Shown here in pieces: positions 18,424 to 27,888 of a stretch of 64,000 nucleotides of DNA (the first letter of the stretch is position 1; each line of letters opens with the position of its first letter). The stretch lies in the NCBI GenBank assembly GCA_963658575.1, contig CAVKQB010000005.1, forward strand, positions 179 through 64,178, given 5' to 3'. The notes under the pieces are model-generated. The model did no database searches. It saw nothing but the letters and a program-made list of their open reading frames with translations, and was not told where the DNA came from. This stretch comes from Leyella stercorea (lineage in GTDB: Bacteria; Bacteroidota; Bacteroidia; Bacteroidales; Paludibacteraceae). The translations under genes and the position numbers were made by a program.

Positions 18424-20166
18424 ATGGAAGAACCGGAAGTAAACAAAGCAGCCGAACAGCCTGCCGCCGAAAAATTGGCCGAAGTCATCGGAACCGTGGC
18501 ACAGCACGCCAACAAATTCTACAACCTCACACGCGAGGAGACGATAGAAAAACTGCGCGAGTTGTTGAAAACCAAGCCGATAACCGATGTCAAAGAGCAA
18601 GTCGAAAGCCTCAAACAGAACTTCTACCGCAGACTGAAAGCCGACATGGAAGCCCAATTGAGCGAAAACGCCGACAGCGAAGCGCAATCCGAAGCCGAGC
18701 ACCCAGAGGTCGACAAGTCGGAGGCGACATTCAAAGAACTGCTCGCCCAATACCGCGAGTTGAAAGCCGCCGAAAACGCCGCCACCGAAGCCGAGCACGA
18801 AGCCAACCTCGCCGCCAAGCAGCGCATTCTCGACGAATTGGAGAAGCTCACCAACTCGTCGGACGACCTTTCGTCGGTCATTCCGGCCTTCCGCAAACTG
18901 CAGCAGGATTGGAAAGCCATCGGGCAAGTGCCTGCGCCCAAAGTTACCGAACTCTGGAAGGCATACAGCGCATACCAAGAGAAATTCTACGACCTGATAA
19001 AGATAAACAACGACCTGCGCGACTACGACTTCAAGAAAAACCTCGAAGCCAAAACCGCTCTCTGCGAGCAAGCCGAGCAGTTGGCCGAAAAGGACGATGC
19101 CGTAGAAGCCTTCAAACGGCTGCAAAAACTGCACGAAGAGTGGCGCGAAATAGGTCCTGTGGCACGCGAAATGCGCGAAGAGATTTGGAACCGCTTCAAA
19201 GCCGCCTCGACCGCCGTCAACAAACGCCACCAAGCCTATTTCGAGAGCATCAAAGAGGAAGAAGAGAAATTCGTAGCCGAAAAAGCCGCCCTCTGCGAAC
19301 TCATCGAAAACATCGACTATGCCGCGCTGAAAACCTTCAAACAGTGGGAAGAGAAAACCAAGGAAGTAATTGATATTCAGGCGAAATGGAAGGCCATCGG
19401 CGGTGTGCCGTCGTACAAAGCCGCCGTCAAAGCCTTCAAACGCTTCCGCGCCGCCTGCGACAAATTTTTCAACGAGAAAAAAGCCTTCTACAAAAACGTG
19501 AAAGGCGAACTCACCAAAAACCTCGATGCCAAAAAAGCCCTCTGCGAACAAGCCGAAGCCCTGAAAGACAGCACCGAATGGAAAGAGACCGCCGAAAAAT
19601 TGACCGAACTGCAAAAAGAGTGGAAAAAACTCGGCCCGACGGCACGCAAACAATCCGATGCCATCTGGAAACGCTTCGTCGGTGCGTGCGACTATTTCTT
19701 CGAACAGAAAGCCGCCAATTGCAACGACAAATACGCCGAAGAGATTGCACACCTGAAGGCCAAAAAAGCCATCATCGAAAAAATCGCTGCCTACGAGCCG
19801 ACAGGCGACAACAAGCAGGACGCCGCCGCCATCAACGTCTTGGTCGAAGAATACAACAAGATAGGCTTTGTGCCCTACCGCGAGAAGGACAAACTGCAGA
19901 AAGCCTTCAAAGCCGCCACCGACAAATACGCCGAACTGCTGCACAGCAAACGCGACGGCAAGCCGTCGAACGAGCGCGCCAAACTGCTCAAAGAGTACGA
20001 CCGTCTGAAATCGGAAATCGCGACCTACGAAAACAATATCGGATTTTTTGCCAACACAAAAACCGCCAATTCGATGATCGAACAGATGAACAAAAAAATC
20101 GACCAATTGAAAAAGCAATACGAAAACGTGATGGCACAAATCAAAGCGTTCGACCAAGAGCAATAA
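18424..20166 (+). CDS. DUF349 repeat protein
   Basis: 580 aa, Lys/Glu-rich, with repeated ...W(K/R)xIGxVP... units (QQDWKAIGQVP, EEWREIGPVA, QAKWKAIGGVP, QKEWKKLGPTA) characteristic of DUF349. Confidence 0.8.
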   Translation: MEEPEVNKAAEQPAAEKLAEVIGTVAQHANKFYNLTREETIEKLRELLKTKPITDVKEQVESLKQNFYRRLKADMEAQLSENADSEAQSEAEHPEVDKSEATFKELLAQYRELKAAENAATEAEHEANLAAKQRILDELEKLTNSSDDLSSVIPAFRKLQQDWKAIGQVPAPKVTELWKAYSAYQEKFYDLIKINNDLRDYDFKKNLEAKTALCEQAEQLAEKDDAVEAFKRLQKLHEEWREIGPVAREMREEIWNRFKAASTAVNKRHQAYFESIKEEEEKFVAEKAALCELIENIDYAALKTFKQWEEKTKEVIDIQAKWKAIGGVPSYKAAVKAFKRFRAACDKFFNEKKAFYKNVKGELTKNLDAKKALCEQAEALKDSTEWKETAEKLTELQKEWKKLGPTARKQSDAIWKRFVGACDYFFEQKAANCNDKYAEEIAHLKAKKAIIEKIAAYEPTGDNKQDAAAINVLVEEYNKIGFVPYREKDKLQKAFKAATDKYAELLHSKRDGKPSNERAKLLKEYDRLKSEIATYENNIGFFANTKTANSMIEQMNKKIDQLKKQYENVMAQIKAFDQEQ

Positions 20167-20193
20167 TCGGCAAACGCAGCCCGAAAAACAAAC

Positions 20194-20221
20194 GAATGGC
20201 GCATCAACACGTGTGCCATTC
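20194..20221 (+). terminator. hairpin terminator after the DUF349 gene
   Basis: GAATGGCGCA-N8-TGTGCCATTC forms a 10-bp stem with one G.U pair, followed by TGTTT. Confidence 0.45.
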
Positions 20222-20524
20222 TGTTTAGTTAGTAGTTAGTAGTTAGTAATGAGGAGTGAGGAGTGAGGAGTGAGGAGTGAGGAGTGAGAAGTTAGAAGTT
20301 AGAAATTGTTGGGCGCGAGCCTGTCCCCTTTGCAAGGGGACGAGAAAAACGGAACGTTTTTCGGGTGGGGTTGATTTTAATTAAGAATTAAGAATGAATA
20401 ATTAAGAATTATTCGCGTCCAAGTTGTCCTTGTTCTTTATTCTATGTTCTTTGTTCTAAAAAATTGCGATAGCAATTTTGAGAAACAATTAAAAAACAGC
20501 AATTCTACAAATTGAAATAAGAAA
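20222..20524. repeat. intergenic repeat mosaic M1 (heptad tract plus shared modules)
   Basis: 92 nt with no C (20222-20313). This tract contains AGTTAGT x3, GAGGAGT x5 (20251-20285) and GAAGTTA units. It is followed by GTTGGGCGCG, the hairpin GTCCCCTT-TGC-AAGGGGAC (20323-20341), TTAAGAA repeats, and the module GTTGTCCTTGTTCTTTATTCTATGTTCTTTGTTCTAAAAAATTGC, which is shared with 39961-40007. Confidence 0.85.
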
Positions 20525-21346
20525 ATGTCAGTACACACACCCGAAGATGCACGCAAAGTTACCACTCGCCGTTTGTGCGAGATGAAACAGCGCGGCGAAA
20601 AGATAAGCATGCTCACCTCGTACGACTACACGATGGCCGAAATCGTGGACAAGGCGGGCATCGACGTGATACTCGTGGGCGACTCCGCCTCGAACGTAGT
20701 GGCCGGCAACGTAACCACGCTGCCCATCACACTCGACCAGATGATATACCACGGCAAATCGGTTGTTCGCGCCGTGAAACGCGCGCTCGTCGTAGTGGAT
20801 ATGCCATTCGGCACCTACCAAACCAGCGACGTGGAGGCCGTGCAGAACGCCATCAAAGTGATGAAGATAACCCACGCCGACGCGCTGAAACTCGAAGGCG
20901 GCGTGGAAATCATCGATGCTGTGAAAAAAATTCTCGCCGCTGGCATTCCCATCATGGGGCACCTCGGACTGATGCCGCAATCGATAAACAAATACGGCAC
21001 CTACACCGTGCGCGCCAAAGACGAAGAAGAGGCCGAAAAACTCGTGTCCGATGCCAAACTGCTCGAAGAGGCGGGCTGTTTTGCGCTTGTGCTCGAAAAA
21101 ATCCCCGCCAAATTGGCTGCACGCGTGGCGCAAGCACTCACCATTCCCGTCATCGGCATCGGAGCGGGCGGAGCGGTCGATGGACAGGTGCTCGTGCTGC
21201 ACGACATGCTCGGACTCACGCAGGGATTCACACCGCGTTTCCTGCGCCGCTACGCCGACCTCAACGCCGTGATGACCGATGCCGTGCACCACTACATTAG
21301 CGACGTGAAATCGTGCGATTTCCCGAATGAGCAGGAGCAGTATTAA
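20525..21346 (+). CDS. panB: 3-methyl-2-oxobutanoate hydroxymethyltransferase
   Basis: 273 aa. The sequence [36 protein letters not shown]...LKLEGG matches the PanB family. Confidence 0.93.
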   Translation: MSVHTPEDARKVTTRRLCEMKQRGEKISMLTSYDYTMAEIVDKAGIDVILVGDSASNVVAGNVTTLPITLDQMIYHGKSVVRAVKRALVVVDMPFGTYQTSDVEAVQNAIKVMKITHADALKLEGGVEIIDAVKKILAAGIPIMGHLGLMPQSINKYGTYTVRAKDEEEAEKLVSDAKLLEEAGCFALVLEKIPAKLAARVAQALTIPVIGIGAGGAVDGQVLVLHDMLGLTQGFTPRFLRRYADLNAVMTDAVHHYISDVKSCDFPNEQEQY

Positions 21347-21452
21347 AAAGTGAAAAGTAGAAAGTGAAAAGTGGGAAGAAAATAGACGACGGATTTATCT
21401 GTTCGTCAAAATAGACGATACTTTCACACGCCCCAAAAAAACGCAAACAACC

Positions 21453-21761
21453 ATGGAAGAAAAGAAAAAACAACTCGAGATTGCGCTTTCGCCCGACGTA
21501 GCCGAAGGCACCTACTCCAATTTGGCCATCATCTCGCATTCCAATTCGGAGTTCATCATCGACTTCGTGCGCATCATGCCTGGCACGCCCAAAGCCAACG
21601 TCAAATCGCGCATCATACTCACGCCCGAACACGCCAAACGGCTGCTTGGTGCCTTGCAGGACAACATCGCCAAATACGAGCAACAACACGGTGCCATAAA
21701 AACCGATAACGGCGGCACATTCGTACCGCCCATACCCATGTTCGGCGGCGGGCAAGCCTAA
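21453..21761 (+). CDS. DUF3467 domain protein
   Basis: 102 aa. The sequence EGTYSNLAIISHSNSEFIIDFVRIMPG is typical of DUF3467. Confidence 0.7.
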   Translation: MEEKKKQLEIALSPDVAEGTYSNLAIISHSNSEFIIDFVRIMPGTPKANVKSRIILTPEHAKRLLGALQDNIAKYEQQHGAIKTDNGGTFVPPIPMFGGGQA

Positions 21762-21808
21762 ACAGACCGCACATACATAATCCAGCGAAAACCAGCCCTT
21801 CGACCTGC

Positions 21809-23134
21809 ATGAAACAGACCGTCGCAGCATACATGCGTGCGCAAAAAATGCCGGCGGCACCCGCCAAAATCCTTGTTGCCGTGAGCGGCGGCATCGATTC
21901 GATAGTGCTGCTCGATGTGCTTGTGAGGCTGGGTTTTCAATGCGTCGTGGCGCACTGCAACTTCCATCTGCGTGGCGACGACTCCGACGGCGACGCACAA
22001 TTCGTCGAAACGCTGGCGCAAAAATACGGCATCCCGTTCCGCCGTGCCGATTTCGACACAAAAAAAGTGGCCGAACAGCGCAAAATATCCATCGAAATGG
22101 CAGCACGCGACCTGCGTTACACTTGGTTTGCCCAAGTGCGCAACGCGGAGCAATGCGTAGCCACCGCCGTGGCACACAACGCCAACGACTGCGCCGAAAC
22201 CATGCTGCTCAACATCGCACGCGGCACGGGCATCGACGGGCTGCACGGCATTCGGGCGGTGAACGGCGACATCGTGCGCCCGCTGCTCTGCGTTACGCGC
22301 CAAGAGATCGACGACTACGCCCTGCGCCACGGCCTGCAGCACCGTTTCGACAAGACAAACAACGACACCGACATTCGCCGCAACTTCGTGCGCCACAAAC
22401 TGATTCCGCTCTTCGAGCAGATAAATTCCGCCTTCGTATCGACCATGCGCAGCAATGCGCAAAACCTGACCGACGTGGCCGCCATCTACCACGACCACAT
22501 AGCGCAAGCCGAGCGCGAAACGTGCCACACCGCTACCAACGGACGCATCGAAATAGACGTAACGAAACTGCTCCGCCAAGCGGCACCGCGCACCATTTTG
22601 TTCGAACTGCTGAAACCGTACCACGTCAATAGCGACATGGCCAGCGACATTTTCGACAGTCTCGAGCGCTTCAGCGGCAAAACATTCTGCACAAGCAGCC
22701 ACCGTCTGCTCGTCGATCGGGGAAAAATCGTCGTTGCCACGCACGACACACCCGACCACGGCACCTACCACATTCAGAGCGACCAAGCCAAAATCGTGTC
22801 GCCCATTCGCCTGAAAATCGACCGTATCGACCACGCGCCAGAACGCTTCGAGCGCAACGCCGACATCGCCTATTTCGATGCCGACAAGGTGAAATTTCCG
22901 CTCACGCTGCGCCGTTGGCAAACGGGCGATGCGTTTTTTCCTTTCGGCATGAAGGGGCGCAAAAAGGTGAGCGACCTATTCGTCGATTGCAAACTCAGCC
23001 GTTTCGACAAAGAGAACGCTTGGGTTTTGACCTCCGACGGCCAAATAATCTGGGTCGTAGGCGTGCGCTCCGACAACCGTTTTCGCCTGACAAAATCGAC
23101 GAAACAGGCACTAAAACTGACATATTACAAGTAA
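21809..23134 (+). CDS. tilS: tRNA(Ile)-lysidine synthetase
   Basis: 441 aa with the PP-loop ILVAVSGGIDSIVLLDVL, then HCNFHLRG, consistent with the TilS N-type ATP pyrophosphatase. Confidence 0.9.
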   Translation: MKQTVAAYMRAQKMPAAPAKILVAVSGGIDSIVLLDVLVRLGFQCVVAHCNFHLRGDDSDGDAQFVETLAQKYGIPFRRADFDTKKVAEQRKISIEMAARDLRYTWFAQVRNAEQCVATAVAHNANDCAETMLLNIARGTGIDGLHGIRAVNGDIVRPLLCVTRQEIDDYALRHGLQHRFDKTNNDTDIRRNFVRHKLIPLFEQINSAFVSTMRSNAQNLTDVAAIYHDHIAQAERETCHTATNGRIEIDVTKLLRQAAPRTILFELLKPYHVNSDMASDIFDSLERFSGKTFCTSSHRLLVDRGKIVVATHDTPDHGTYHIQSDQAKIVSPIRLKIDRIDHAPERFERNADIAYFDADKVKFPLTLRRWQTGDAFFPFGMKGRKKVSDLFVDCKLSRFDKENAWVLTSDGQIIWVVGVRSDNRFRLTKSTKQALKLTYYK

Positions 23135-23170
23135 ATCAGCCCTTTAATCGAAAAAAAAACGTACCTTTGC

Positions 23171-23662
23171 ATGTCTAAAACCATGAACGCTATGAAACAT
23201 TGTGTCATCAAACTCGTTGCAGGCATGTTGAGTGTCGCTGGTGCGCTGTGCGTGTGCGGCTGCGGCACGCAAAAAGCCGCCAACAACGCCGCTCGCCACG
23301 CTTCCATCGTAGGCGAATTGCCGGAAAACATCGACTTTTCGAACTCGTTCAGAATGTTTTGGGACGCTTTCGTGCAGGACACCAAGCGCGTGCGTTCGCT
23401 CGACAAGTACACGCCATCGGACAAACTGCTGGAAAACGCTGCCGTGTCGGAGCAAGAGGGCGAATATGTCGTTTCGGGCTTCGTAACCATCGACAACACC
23501 TTCGACGAAGCCGCCTTTGCCGCACTTGGTGGCACGCTGAACCGCATCGACGACACAACGGCCACGTTCCAAATGCCGCTGAAACGGCTGCCCGACATGT
23601 GGCAAGTGCGCGGCATCGTATCGGTTGAAGCGGCGCAAAAAGTCTATCTGCGCAAACGCTAA
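23171..23662 (+). CDS. hypothetical lipoprotein (true start probably 23183 or 23192)
   Basis: Signal peptide with a lipobox-like sequence (LSVAGALCVCGCG). A TACCTTTG -7 box at 23162-23169 abuts the first ATG, so a downstream ATG is more likely the real start. Confidence 0.55.
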   Translation: MSKTMNAMKHCVIKLVAGMLSVAGALCVCGCGTQKAANNAARHASIVGELPENIDFSNSFRMFWDAFVQDTKRVRSLDKYTPSDKLLENAAVSEQEGEYVVSGFVTIDNTFDEAAFAALGGTLNRIDDTTATFQMPLKRLPDMWQVRGIVSVEAAQKVYLRKR

Positions 23663-23693
23663 ACAAGAAAACAAACACAAAAAAACAAATATC

Positions 23694-25844
23694 ATGAAAA
23701 GAACCAACCTTATCGCCGCATTGCTGTGCTTGGCCATCGCGGCATTTGCACAAGAGTCGAAACTATCGAACTACTCGCGCGCATTCATCGACGCAAACAA
23801 AAAGGCGCAAACCATCGAACAGCGCACCAAACTGCGCAAAAACTTTGCATTGAGAGTGGCCGAAAACGAGCAGGAATACGTCGCCGCATTCGTGCATTTC
23901 TATAGCGACGATGCCGACAAATCGGTGATTACGAACTACGGCGCACTGATAAACAACGACTTCGGCGATTTCGTAACTGCACAGATTCCCGTCGATAACC
24001 TCGAAGCCCTGTCGCAGGACGAAAACATCAAACTGGTGGAGATTGGCACACCCATACGCCCCAAAATGGACAAAGCGCGTACCGCTGCCAATGTGGACAA
24101 AGTACAGGCCGGCACGGGACTTTCGCAGCCGTTTTTGGGCACTGGCGTCATCGTGGGCGTGGTCGATGCTGGATTCCAATACAACCACATCAACTTCTAC
24201 GATGCAAACAACGCGTCGGAACTGCGTGTGAAACGCGTGTTGCGGCAATACAGTTCGAATCGGGCTACTAGTTATAGAACGAGAAAAGAATATACGACAC
24301 AAGCAGCCATTGAATCGGCCAAATACGACGATTCGGCCGACACCGACGGCCACGCCTCGCACGTTACGGGCATTGCGGCTGGCAGTTACAGCGGCAACGA
24401 CTACTACGGCGTAGCCAAAGATGCCGACATCGTGATGGTGAGCTACGGAACGGGCAACACCGATGTCGCCGACGGTGTGAAATACATATTCGACTACGCC
24501 ACCGAAGTGGGCAAACCCGCCGTGGTAAACCTGAGTCTCGGCACGCACATCGGGCCGCACGACGGCACCTCTACGTTCGACCGCACACTCGATGCCATGG
24601 TTGGCGCAGGACGCATCGTCTGCGGTGCCGCCGGCAACGAAGGCGATGCAGCACTATACATGGAACAATCGCTCACAGAGGGAAGCACAGCCACACAAGC
24701 ATTAACGCTTACCCACAACTATTCGTATGGCAGCAGTTACTATCTGCTAGATATCGATATTTGGGGCGAAGCCAACAAAAACTACTCCATTCAAGTGGTC
24801 ATAACAAAAAGCGGATCCGAAGTCTGGACAAGCGATGTTTTGGCAGCGAACACGACAAAAAGTAAAAGTTACACTTCGTTCACTGGAGCATCGGGCGGTT
24901 TGAACATATACACAGGAAAAAATAGTGTAAACAACAAAGGCAACGTCTCCATCACTTATGATTCGTATGACGGATTCACGCTCAAAAGTGGCTATACGCT
25001 CAACGTGCGTTTCATAGGGACCGAAGCCTGCACCGTGCAAGCGTGGGCCGACGGCTACGAAAGCAAATGGAAAAAAGGTAACACCTCGCACACCGCAGGC
25101 GAAATCGGCGGCACAGCCAACAACATCATCAGCGTAGGCGCGTGGACAAGCAATGTCAACTATTATTCTTCAGGGAAAACGAAAGGCGCAATCGCTCCAT
25201 TTTCGAGTTTGGGCCCCACAGCCGACGGCCGCCTGAAACCCGAAATATCAGCCCCTGGCGACGTTATCAGGTCGTCGATCCCAGACTTGAGCGATGTAAC
25301 CACTAATGCTTATAGCCCAACAAAAGAAACGGTGAACAACACGACCTACTATTGGGCTTATATGAGCGGCACCTCCATGGCCACGCCGTTCGTTACGGGC
25401 GTAGTAGCCACATGGCTGCAAGCCAACCCAAGCCTCACACCCGAACAGATTAAAAACGTCTTTGCACAAACGGCTATCACCGACTCGTACACAGGCACCT
25501 GCCCGAACAACACATGGGGCTACGGCAAAATCGACGCTTACGCCGGCCTGCTGTATGTGCTCAACCAAACCGACGTGAAAAACCTCGAAGGGTTGCCCGA
25601 AGCCATCATGCTCTACCCCAATCCGAGCGACGGCGCATTCAAACTCTTCTTCACGCAAAACGATGCCAACGTCAGCGTGCGTGTGTATGCCGCCAACGGA
25701 CAGCAAGTTTACACGCGCCACATCGGCAACGTCGATGCACAGCAGACGCTCGACATCAACCTCGACGGTGTGCAAGCCGGTGCCTACATCGTGAAAATCG
25801 CCGGCAACGGCTTCGACCAAACCTGCCGACTAATGGTGAAATAA
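23694..25844 (+). CDS. S8 (subtilisin-like) serine peptidase with T9SS C-terminal sorting domain
   Basis: Catalytic triad contexts: VGVVDAGF (Asp), DGHASHVTGIAAG (His), MSGTSMATPFVTG (Ser). N-terminal signal peptide MKRTNLIAALLCLAIAAFAQ. C-terminal ~80 aa (LYPNPSDGAFKLFF...YIVKIAG...) resemble a Por secretion tail. The start was moved to 23694. Confidence 0.9.
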   Translation: MKRTNLIAALLCLAIAAFAQESKLSNYSRAFIDANKKAQTIEQRTKLRKNFALRVAENEQEYVAAFVHFYSDDADKSVITNYGALINNDFGDFVTAQIPVDNLEALSQDENIKLVEIGTPIRPKMDKARTAANVDKVQAGTGLSQPFLGTGVIVGVVDAGFQYNHINFYDANNASELRVKRVLRQYSSNRATSYRTRKEYTTQAAIESAKYDDSADTDGHASHVTGIAAGSYSGNDYYGVAKDADIVMVSYGTGNTDVADGVKYIFDYATEVGKPAVVNLSLGTHIGPHDGTSTFDRTLDAMVGAGRIVCGAAGNEGDAALYMEQSLTEGSTATQALTLTHNYSYGSSYYLLDIDIWGEANKNYSIQVVITKSGSEVWTSDVLAANTTKSKSYTSFTGASGGLNIYTGKNSVNNKGNVSITYDSYDGFTLKSGYTLNVRFIGTEACTVQAWADGYESKWKKGNTSHTAGEIGGTANNIISVGAWTSNVNYYSSGKTKGAIAPFSSLGPTADGRLKPEISAPGDVIRSSIPDLSDVTTNAYSPTKETVNNTTYYWAYMSGTSMATPFVTGVVATWLQANPSLTPEQIKNVFAQTAITDSYTGTCPNNTWGYGKIDAYAGLLYVLNQTDVKNLEGLPEAIMLYPNPSDGAFKLFFTQNDANVSVRVYAANGQQVYTRHIGNVDAQQTLDINLDGVQAGAYIVKIAGNGFDQTCRLMVK

Positions 25845-25853
25845 TTGACAATG

Positions 25854-25886
25854 GAAGTGCGGCCAACGGCCGCGCTTCTTTTTTTG
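25854..25886 (+). terminator. rho-independent terminator after the S8 peptidase gene
   Basis: GAAGTGCGGCC-AAC-GGCCGCGCTTC forms an 11-bp stem with one G.U pair, followed by a T-run. Confidence 0.75.
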
Positions 25887-26192
25887 TTTTTCGTTCATTT
25901 CTTTTGACGACCAAAAGAAACGAACCAAAGAAAAGTCGCCAGCTGGGGCGCGAGCGTTGCCAAAAATTGGCGGTTTTGGTTTCGGCGGCGCCAAAACTCG
26001 CTTCGCTCAGACACTGCCGCCGCTTCTCGAAACACAAAACCTGATTTTTGACACTCGCCGCCCAATGCTGGAATCCCTTTTATCATCAAAATTTGTCAAT
26101 TGCGCCCAACAACTCCTCACTCCTCATTCCTAATTCCTCACTACTAATTAACTTTCTCACTTTCAAACTTTCACACTAATTTCATCTTGCTA
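25887..26192. repeat. intergenic repeat mosaic M3
   Basis: Contains the hairpin GTTCATTTCTTTTG...CAAAAGAAACGAAC. GCGCCCAACAACTCCTCACTCC is the reverse complement of GGAGTGAGGAGTTGTTGGGCGC. An 84-nt tract with no G on the plus strand (26105-26188) has a 7-nt period and reads as a TAG-initiated, C-free heptad tract downstream of the minus-strand gene that ends at 26193. Confidence 0.8.
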
Positions 26193-26693
26193 CTACTCAA
26201 CGTGTTTCGGCATCTCCACCACTTCGAGATTTTGGATTTTGTCGCCATCGATTTCGAAGCGTAGCAGCGTGCGCACTTGGTGAAAGCCGTAGATGCCGGC
26301 CGCTCCGGGGTTCATGGTCAGCATATCGCGTTGCTTGTCGTACTGCACCTTCAGAATGTGCGAATGGCCGCACACAAACAGTCGCGGCTTGTCGGACACG
26401 ATGTGTCGGTAGGCTTGCGGGCTGTAGTGGCCGGGGTAGCCGCCTATGTGTGTCATCAGCACATCGACCGCCTCGCAGCGAAACGCCAGAAATTCGGGGT
26501 AGGTGTAGCGCACAAATCCGCCGTCGACATTGCCATGCACGGCGCGAAGCGGCTTGAATTCGGCCAGACGGCGCGCCACCTCGTCGCTGCCGATGTCGCC
26601 GCAGTGCCAAATCTCGTCGCAATCGGCAAAGTGCGTCAGATAGCGTTCGTCGAAATAGCCGTGTGTGTCCGAAAGCAGACCGATGCGTGTCAT
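26193..26693 (-). CDS. metallophosphoesterase (YfcE/MJ0936 family)
   Basis: 166 aa with motifs LSDTHG, GDIGS, GNVD and CGHSH. Confidence 0.85.
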   Translation of the reverse strand: MTRIGLLSDTHGYFDERYLTHFADCDEIWHCGDIGSDEVARRLAEFKPLRAVHGNVDGGFVRYTYPEFLAFRCEAVDVLMTHIGGYPGHYSPQAYRHIVSDKPRLFVCGHSHILKVQYDKQRDMLTMNPGAAGIYGFHQVRTLLRFEIDGDKIQNLEVVEMPKHVE

Positions 26694-26814
26694 TCTAAAT
26701 CTTCAAATTGAGTTAATCGAGATAACGATTTTTTGTCGCTTCATTGGGCGGTGAATTTGTTGAACCGCCAATCTTCAAATTTTCAAATCTTTCAAATCTT
26801 CAAATGAAGAAATC
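26694..26814. repeat. intergenic spacer with ATCTTCAAAT-type 8-9-nt repeats and a hairpin
   Basis: CTTCAAAT variants occur four times at 26771-26805. GGCGGT-N11-ACCGCC hairpin at 26748-26770. The same repeat word occurs at 35637-35664. Confidence 0.7.
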
Positions 26815-27888
26815 TCATTTCTTCACCAAGATTCCCATGGCATCGAGCACTTTGTCGCGGAAATCGATGTTTTGCTGCACGCCGGCGAAGCGTTCGGCAC
26901 CTGGGCCAAAGGCAAACACAGGCACAGGCACGCCGCTGTGGTCGGGCTTGTTGAATTTGCATTCGACGTGGCCAGTGGCAAAATCGCCGTTGATGATGGA
27001 GAGTGCGCCAGTTTCGTGGTCGGCGGTAATCACCACGAGCGTGTTGCCGTCCTTGCGTGCAAAGTCGAGCACCTTGCCGATGGCGCGGTCGAAATCGAGC
27101 ATTTCGCGAATCATCTCTTCGCCGTTGTTGTTGTGGCATTGGTAGTCGATTTGCGAGCCTTCGACCATGAGGAAGAATCCGTTGGTGTCGCGCGCCAGCA
27201 CTTCGATGGCCTTTTCGACGGCCGATGGCAGGTAGTCGCCGCGCTCGGAGGCTATCGGCATATCGATGTCGGCCAGCGGAGCGAGTATTTTCGGGCTGTT
27301 CGACTTCAGCAGGTCGGCTTCGGTATAGACCACGTCGTAGCCTTTGTCGGCAAATTGGCGCGAGAGGTTTTGTCCGTCGGCACGCTGTTCGAGGTTTTGG
27401 CGGCCGCCGCCAATCAGCACGTCGATGTCGGCAGCGAGCATGTCGAGCGCGATTTCGTCGTACATTTTGCGCGAAATTTGGTGCGCGTAGAAGTCGGCCG
27501 GTGTGGCGTGGGTGAGCGGACACGTTACGACGATGCCCGTGGCTTTGCCGTTTTGGCCGGCGTAGTAGAGCGACGAGTAGAGCGGCGTGATGCTGTCGGG
27601 GGCAAGTCCGACCATGTTGTTGCGTGTTTTGCTGCCCGTGGCCAACGCTGTGCCGCCGGCCGCGCTATCGGTGATGTAGTTGTTGGCCGAGTAGGTTTTG
27701 CTGAATCCGGTGATGGGGCACTGCTCGATGTTGAGCGAGCCGCCATTGGCGGTGAGTGCGGCGTAGATTTGGTTGATTCCCATGCCGTCGCCAATCATGA
27801 ACACGACGTTTTTGACTTTTGGCTGCGCCAGAAGCGACGAGCAGCAGAGTGCTAATAATACTCCACAGAGAAATTTTTTAGTTTGCAT
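26815..27888 (-). CDS. alkaline phosphatase (PhoA family), secreted
   Basis: 357 aa with a signal peptide, VVFMIGDGMGINQ and DSAAGGTALATG (active-site Ser context). Confidence 0.9.
   Translation of the reverse strand: MQTKKFLCGVLLALCCSSLLAQPKVKNVVFMIGDGMGINQIYAALTANGGSLNIEQCPITGFSKTYSANNYITDSAAGGTALATGSKTRNNMVGLAPDSITPLYSSLYYAGQNGKATGIVVTCPLTHATPADFYAHQISRKMYDEIALDMLAADIDVLIGGGRQNLEQRADGQNLSRQFADKGYDVVYTEADLLKSNSPKILAPLADIDMPIASERGDYLPSAVEKAIEVLARDTNGFFLMVEGSQIDYQCHNNNGEEMIREMLDFDRAIGKVLDFARKDGNTLVVITADHETGALSIINGDFATGHVECKFNKPDHSGVPVPVFAFGPGAERFAGVQQNIDFRDKVLDAMGILVKK

Noticed and set aside
20251-20285. Possible CRISPR array or other spacer-repeat structure in the tandem repeats
   Set aside because: The period is only 7 nt, with no unique spacers of 25-40 nt, and no cas genes are in the window. 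These are microsatellite-like heptads, not CRISPR repeats.
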